The notes beneath the pieces were generated by a model. That model did no database searches. It saw nothing but the letters and a program-made list of their open reading frames with translations, and was not told where the DNA came from. The position numbers and the translations under genes are program-made. From Reclinomonas americana ATCC 50394 (taxonomy: Eukaryota), in assembly GCA_048213135.1 (NCBI GenBank), contig PS015044.1, positions 109,604 through 166,310 on the forward strand: a DNA stretch of 56,707 nucleotides. Direction: 5' to 3'. Positions 50,801 to 56,707 of the stretch are shown here, piece by piece. Positions within the stretch are counted from its first letter, which is position 1. Each line of letters opens with the position of its first letter.

Positions 50801-53800
50801 TGAGCGACGGAGTAGGTGGAACAGCAAGCACCACGTTTACGATCAATGAGGGTCTGCGTTATTTGGTGATATGGGGGGAACGAGTTCATCGCGATTTGCT
50901 CACTCTTCGTATTTGTTGCAGCGAACGTGAATCCGACTGCGCCGACCCTGTCTTCGTCGACATACACTCCGCCGCTTGCCTCGAATGGAGTGATCGGCAC
51001 TCTGGCATCGACGGATGCCAACACGGGTCAGACCCTGACGTACACCATCACCGGCGGCACGAATCAGGCATCATTCAACATTAATGGCACCAGTTTACGA
51101 TCCAACATTGCTGGCCTCACTGGCAACAACTTGCAAGTGATTGTGCAAGTGAGCGACGGAGCAGGTGGCACAGCGAGTGCCACTTTCACGATCAGCGAAG
51201 GCATGTTGGCTTTATGTTCTTTCTACTCATCTCGTCGCCTCCTGATAACATAGTTGTTACAGTCAATGTTAACCCTACTGCGCCGACCTTGTCGTCATCG
51301 ACATACACGCCTCCACTCGCGCTGAACGGCGTGATTGGCACACTGGCGTCAACAGATGTGAACACGGGTCAGACCCTGACGTACACCATCACCGGCGGCA
51401 CGAATCAGGCATCATTCAACATTAATGGCACCAGTTTACGATCCAACATTGCTGGCCTCACTGGCAACAACTTGCAAGTGATTGTTCAAGTGAGCGATGG
51501 AGCAGGTGGCACAGCGAGTGCCACTTTNNNNNNNNNNNNNNNNNNNNNNNNNNNNNNNNNNNNNNNNNNNNNNNNNNNNNNNNNNNNNNNNNNNNNNNNN
51601 NNNNNNNNNNNNNNNNNNNNNNNNNNNNNNNNNNNNNNNNNNNNNNNNNNNNNNNNNNNNNNNNNNNNNNNNNNNNNNNNNNNNNNNNNNNNNNNNNNNN
51701 NNNNNNNNNNNNNNNNNNNNNNNNNNNNNNNNNNNNNNNNNNNNNNNNNNNNNNNNNNNNNNNNNNNNNNNNNNNNNNNNNNNNNNNNNNNNNNNNNNNN
51801 NNNNNNNNNNNNNNNNNNNNNNNNNNNNNNNNNNNNNNNNNNNNNNNNNNNNNNNNNNNNNNNNNNNNNNNNNNNNNNNNNNNNNNNNNNNNNNNNNNNN
51901 NNNNNNNNNNNNNNNNNNNNNNNNNNNNNNNNNNNNNNNNNNNNNNNNNNNNNNNNNNNNNNNNNNNNNNNNNNNNNNNNNNNNNNNNNNNNNNNNNNNN
52001 NNNNNNNNNNNNNNNNNNNNNNNNNNNNNNNNNNNNNNNNNNNNNNNNNNNNNNNNNNNNNNNNNNNNNNNNNNNNNNNNNNNNNNNNNNNNNNNNNNNN
52101 NNNNNNNNNNNNNNNNNNNNNNNNNNNNNNNNNNNNNNNNNNNNNNNNNNNNNNNNNNNNNNNNNNNNNNNNNNNNNNNNNNNNNNNNNNNNNNNNNNNN
52201 NNNNNNNNNNNNNNNNNNNNNNNNNNNNNNNNNNNNNNNNNNNNNNNNNNNNNNNNNNNNNNNNNNNNNNNNNNNNNNNNNNNNNNNNNNNNNNNNNNNN
52301 NNNNNNNNNNNNNNNNNNNNNNNNNNNNNNNNTTTCTTCGTCGACATACACTCCGCCGCTTGCCTCGAATGGAGTGATCGGCACCCTGTCATCGACGGAT
52401 GTCAACACTGGTCAGACGCTGACGTACACCATCACGGGTGGCACGAATCAGGCCTCCTTCAACATCAGCGGCACCAGCTTGCGATCCAGCATTGCTGGCC
52501 TCACTGGCAACAATCTGCAAGTGATTGTGCAAGTGAGTGANNNNNNNNNNNNNNNNNNNNNNNNNNNNNNNNNNNNNNNNNNNNNNNNNNNNNNNNNNNN
52601 NNNNNNNNNNNNNNNNNNNNNNNNNNNNNNNNNNNNNNNNNNNNNNNNNNNNNNNNNNNNNNNNNNNNNNNNNNNNNNNNNNNNNNNNNNNNNNNNNNNN
52701 NNNNNNNNNNNNNNNNNNNNNNNNNNNNNNNNNNNNNNNNNNNNNNNNNNNNNNNNNNNNNNNNNNNNNNNNNNNNNNNNNNNNNNNNNNNNNNNNNNNN
52801 NNNNNNNNNNNNNNNNNNNNNNNNNNNNNNNNNNNNNNNNNNNNNNNNNNNNNNNNNNNNNNNNNNNNNNNNNNNNNNNNNNNNNNNNNNNNNNNNNNNN
52901 NNNNNNNNNNNNNNNNNNNNNNNNNNNNNNNNNNNNNNNNNNNNNNNNNNNNNNNNNNNNNNNNNNNNNNNNNNNNNNNNNNNNNNNNNNNNNNNNNNNN
53001 NNNNNNNNNNNNNNNNNNNNNNNNNNNNNNNNNNNNNNNNNNNNNNNNNNNNNNNNNNNNNNNNNNNNNNNNNNNNNNNNNNNNNNNNNNNNNNNNNNNN
53101 NNNNNNNNNNNNNNNNNNNNNNNNNNNNNNNNNNNNNNNNNNNNNNNNNNNCGGAGCAGGTGGAACGGCAAGCACCACGTTCACGATCAATGAGGGTCTG
53201 CGTTATTTGGTGATATGGGGGGAACGAGTTCATCGCGATTTGCTCACTCTCGTATCTGTTGCAGCGAACGTGAATCCGACTGCGCCGACCCTGTCTTCGT
53301 CGACATACACTCCGCCGCTTGCCTCGAATGGTGTGATCGGCACTCTGGCATCGACGGATGTCAACACGGGTCAGACGCTGACGTACACCATCACGGGTGG
53401 CACGAATCAGGCATCATTCAACATCAGCGGCTCCAGCTTGCGATCCAGCATTGCTGGCCTCACTGGCAACAATCTGCAAGTGATTGTGCAAGTGAGCGAC
53501 GGAGCAGGTGGAACAGCAAGCACCACGTTCACGATCAATGAGGGTCTGCGTTATTTGGTGATATGGGGGGAACGAGTTCATCGCGATTTGCTCACTCTTC
53601 GTATCTGTTGCAGCGAACGTGAATCCGACTGCGCCGACCTTGTCGTCATCGACATACACGCCTCCACTCGCGCTGAACGGTGTGATTGGCACACTGGCGT
53701 CAACCGATGTGAACACGGGTCAGACCCTGACGTACACGATCACCGGTGGTACCAACTCGGCTTCGTTCAACATCAGTGGCACCAGTCTGCGCTCGAATGT

Positions 53801-56707
53801 GGCTGGCCTCACGGGGAACAATCTGCAAGTGATTGTTCAAGTGAGCGATGGAGCAGGTGGCACAGCGAGTGCCACATTNNNNNNNNNNNNNNNNNNNNNN
53901 NNNNNNNNNNNNNNNNNNNNNNNNNNNNNNNNNNNNNNNNNNNNNNNNNNNNNNNNNNNNNNNNNNNNNNNNNNNNNNNNNNNNNNNNNNNNNNNNNNNN
54001 NNNNNNNNNNNNNNNNNNNNNNNNNNNNNNNNNNNNNNNNNNNNNNNNNNNNNNNNNNNNNNNNNNNNNNNNNNNNNNNNNNNNNNNNNNNNNNNNNNNN
54101 NNNNNNNNNNNNNNNNNNNNNNNNNNNNNNNNNNNNNNNNNNNNNNNNNNNNNNNNNNNNNNNNNNNNNNNNNNNNNNNNNNNNNNNNNNNNNNNNNNNN
54201 NNNNNNNNNNNNNNNNNNNNNNNNNNNNNNNNNNNNNNNNNNNNNNNNNNNNNNNNNNNNNNNNNNNNNNNNNNNNNNNNNNNNNNNNNNNNNNNNNNNN
54301 NNNNNNNNNNNNNNNNNNNNNNNNNNNNNNNNNNNNNNNNNNNNNNNNNNNNNNNNNNNNNNNNNNNNNNNNNNNNNNNNNNNNNNNNNNNNNNNNNNNN
54401 NNNNNNNNNNNNNNNNNNNNNNNNNNNNNNNNNNNNNNNNNNNNNNNNNNNNNNTGGAGCAGGCGGAACAGCAAGCACGACATTCACGATCAACGAGGGT
54501 GCGTGTACGCTCCGCTTTTTAAGCCGTTCAGTGTGACATATGTATGGTTTATGTCCTCACCATTTCGCAGCTAATGTTGCGCCGAGTGCTCCGACGCTGT
54601 CCTCCTCGACGTACACTCCGCCGCGCGTTCTCAACGGAACAATTGGCACGCTGTCGTCTACGGACCCCAACACTGGCCAGACGCTGACTTACACGATCAC
54701 GGGTGGCACGAATCAAGCATCATTCAACATCAGTGGCACGAGTTTGCAATCGAATGTGTCCGGTCTCACGGGTAACAATCTGCAAGTGATTGTGCAAGTG
54801 AGCGATGGAGCAGGTGGAACAGCAAGTGCCACATTCACCATCAGCGAAGGTGAGCATGCCTTCGAGTACTTCATGCTGTGCTTACCTGTCTCAGTCGCTG
54901 ACGCCGCGCTGCACAGCCAACGTGGTCCCCACTGCTCCGGCTCTGTCATCGACCACGTACACCCCGCCTCTCGCTTTGAATGGTGTGATTGGCACATTGT
55001 CGTCGACAGACCCGAACACGGGTCAGACACTCGTATTTTCCATTGTTGGTGGCACCAACTCTGCCTCGTTCAACATCAGCGGCACCAACCTGCGATCCAA
55101 TGTGGCAGGCCTCACTGGCAACAGCCTGCAAGTGATTGTGCAAGTGAGCGACGGTGCCGGTGGTGTGAATACGACAACGTTCAACATGTCTGAAGGTAAG
55201 GCGATGCATTTGTTGTTCACTCTTACTCCAGTGCATCACACGCGTTTATGAGCGCAGTCAATGTGGTACCCACTGCGCCGACACTCTCCACCAACTTGTA
55301 CGTGGCGCCGCTCGCGCTGAACGGAGTAATTGGCACTCTGGCGTCAACCGATGTCAACACCGGTCAGACACTGACCTTCTCCATCACCGGCGGCACCAAC
55401 TCGGCATCATTCAACATCAGCGGCACGAGTCTACGCTCAAGTGTGTCTGGCCTCACCGGTAACGGACTGCAAGTGATTGTCACTGTCAGCGACGGTGCTG
55501 GCGGAACTCGCTCGTCCACATTCAACATCTCGGAAGGTTCGTGTGACGCAGATGACTTATTAAGAGATCGCCCTTGGTGCGCTGACTCTCCTCCTGCAGC
55601 CAACATGAGCCCTACGGTCCCCGTCTTGTCGACAACGCTGTACACGCCGCCGCGTGCTCTGAATGGCGTGATTGGCACTCTCTCCGCAACACCTGCCGTG
55701 GCTGGTGACACGCTCACATTCTCGATCACTGGTGGCGCCAACCAAGCATCCTTCAACATTAGTGGCACGGACCTGCGTTCCAACGTCGCGGGCCTTGTCG
55801 GGAACAACTTGCATGTTGAGATCACTGTCACGGCCAGCTCCGGTGGCACGAACTCCTTCGTATTCGACATTGATGAGCGTTGCGTCTGTTGATCCTGTTC
55901 CTTATTTGTTTATCTGTGTTGTTGTTCACCGCCGTGGCTGCAGTCAACGTGATACCAACTGCACCAACGCTGTCGTCGTCGACATATGTGCCGCCACTGG
56001 CACTTGGCGGCGTCATTGGCATGCTGTCGTCGACAGACCCAAACTCGGGGCAGTCGTTGACTTACTATGTCTCTGGCGGCACCAATCAGTCTCTGTTTTC
56101 AGTCAGTGGTGGGAACAGCCTCGTGACAGCAGTGTCGAATCTGACGGGCAACAGCCTGCAAGTGATCGTCACAGTCGACGATGGAGCAGGCGGCACCAAC
56201 ACTGCGACATTCCTCATCAACGAAGGTTGGAGCGACGCGCACTGCGCTCGTCTCTCTTGTCCTCACTGACCCATCGTTCTTGTGTCTTACGTAGCTAATG
56301 TGAACCCGACGGCGCCCACTCTGTCAAGCAGCACTTACACCCCACCACTCGCCACAAATGGCGTCATTGGCACTCTCGCCTCGACAGACGCCAACACGGG
56401 CCAGACGCTGACGTACACCATCACGGGCGGCACGAACTCGGGATCGTTCAACATCAGCGGCAGCAGCTTGCGGTCGAATGTGGCAGGACTCACCGGCAAC
56501 AGCCTGCAAGTGATTGTGCAAGTGAGCGATGGAGCAGGTGGCACCAACACGTCCACGTTCACCATCAGCGAAGGTCCGTGTGGTGGCTTGTTCCTTTGCT
56601 TCTTCCCTTTTGCACCCGCTCATTCGCACACTCTGTTGCCTTTGTGACAGCCAACGTTGTGCCGACGCCGCCGACTCTATCCACCTCGACGTACACTCCA
56701 CCACTGG
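38804..56707 (+). CDS. Giant surface/adhesin-like protein, copy R, with roughly 34 cadherin-like repeats visible; 3' end off the window, start uncertain
   Basis: Exons 38804-39448, 40856-41741, 42576-42625, then repeat exons starting at 42699, 43051, 43397, 43742, (44803 and 44459 on a flipped contig), 45519, 45865, 46209, 47124, 47468, 47805, 48157, 48501, 48848, 49185, 49531, 49878, 50226, 50573, 50922, 51263, 53265, 53614, 54571, 54917, 55258, 55600, 55944, 56295, 56651, plus gap-truncated units. No in-exon stop seen. Confidence 0.86.
39650..40625 (+). repeat. Intronic 12-13 bp minisatellite (CCCC[C]TTGCTCTT)n spanning a gap
   Basis: Visible on both sides of the gap; related GGGGAAGAGCAA/GGGGAGAT units at 6412-6570 in the mirror arm. 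Confidence 0.88.
42699..56707 (+). repeat. Exon-intron tandem array of cadherin-like domains (unit about 340-350 bp)
   Basis: 279/276-nt (once 282-nt) exons separated by 57-77 nt introns belonging to a few recurring sequence families. Confidence 0.95.

Noticed and set aside
42699-56707. CRISPR-like array (constant blocks with variable 57-77 nt spacers)
   Set aside because: The constant blocks are about 279-nt coding exons with synonymous variation and the spacers are GT/GC-AG introns; no cas genes are present.

Overview
Gapped scaffold from an intron-rich eukaryote, probably a protist (short GT/GC-AG introns, GA/CT microsatellites); the organism cannot be named from sequence alone. The window is organised as a large inverted duplication: about 1-19560 is mirrored by about 27991-46400+. 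From the outside in, each arm carries (i) a giant secreted/surface protein gene (phage/bacterial-type glycine-rich domain, Ig-like and IPT-like domains, then a long array of cadherin-like repeats, one per symmetric phase-1 exon of mostly 276/279 nt), (ii) a head-to-head ENA-type (P2D) Na+/K+ P-type ATPase, and (iii) an ABCB-like ABC transporter. The roughly 8.4 kb between the arms holds two strongly diverged, outward-pointing paralogues encoding a Cys-rich plus multi-TM protein, with PMP-like beta-helix repeats visible in one. Both run out of a single central gap. A two-exon ATP10 fragment sits in an ATPase intron of the left arm only, and several small contigs appear mis-oriented, so part of the architecture may be an assembly artefact. 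All domain and family calls rest on motif recognition, not database searches.
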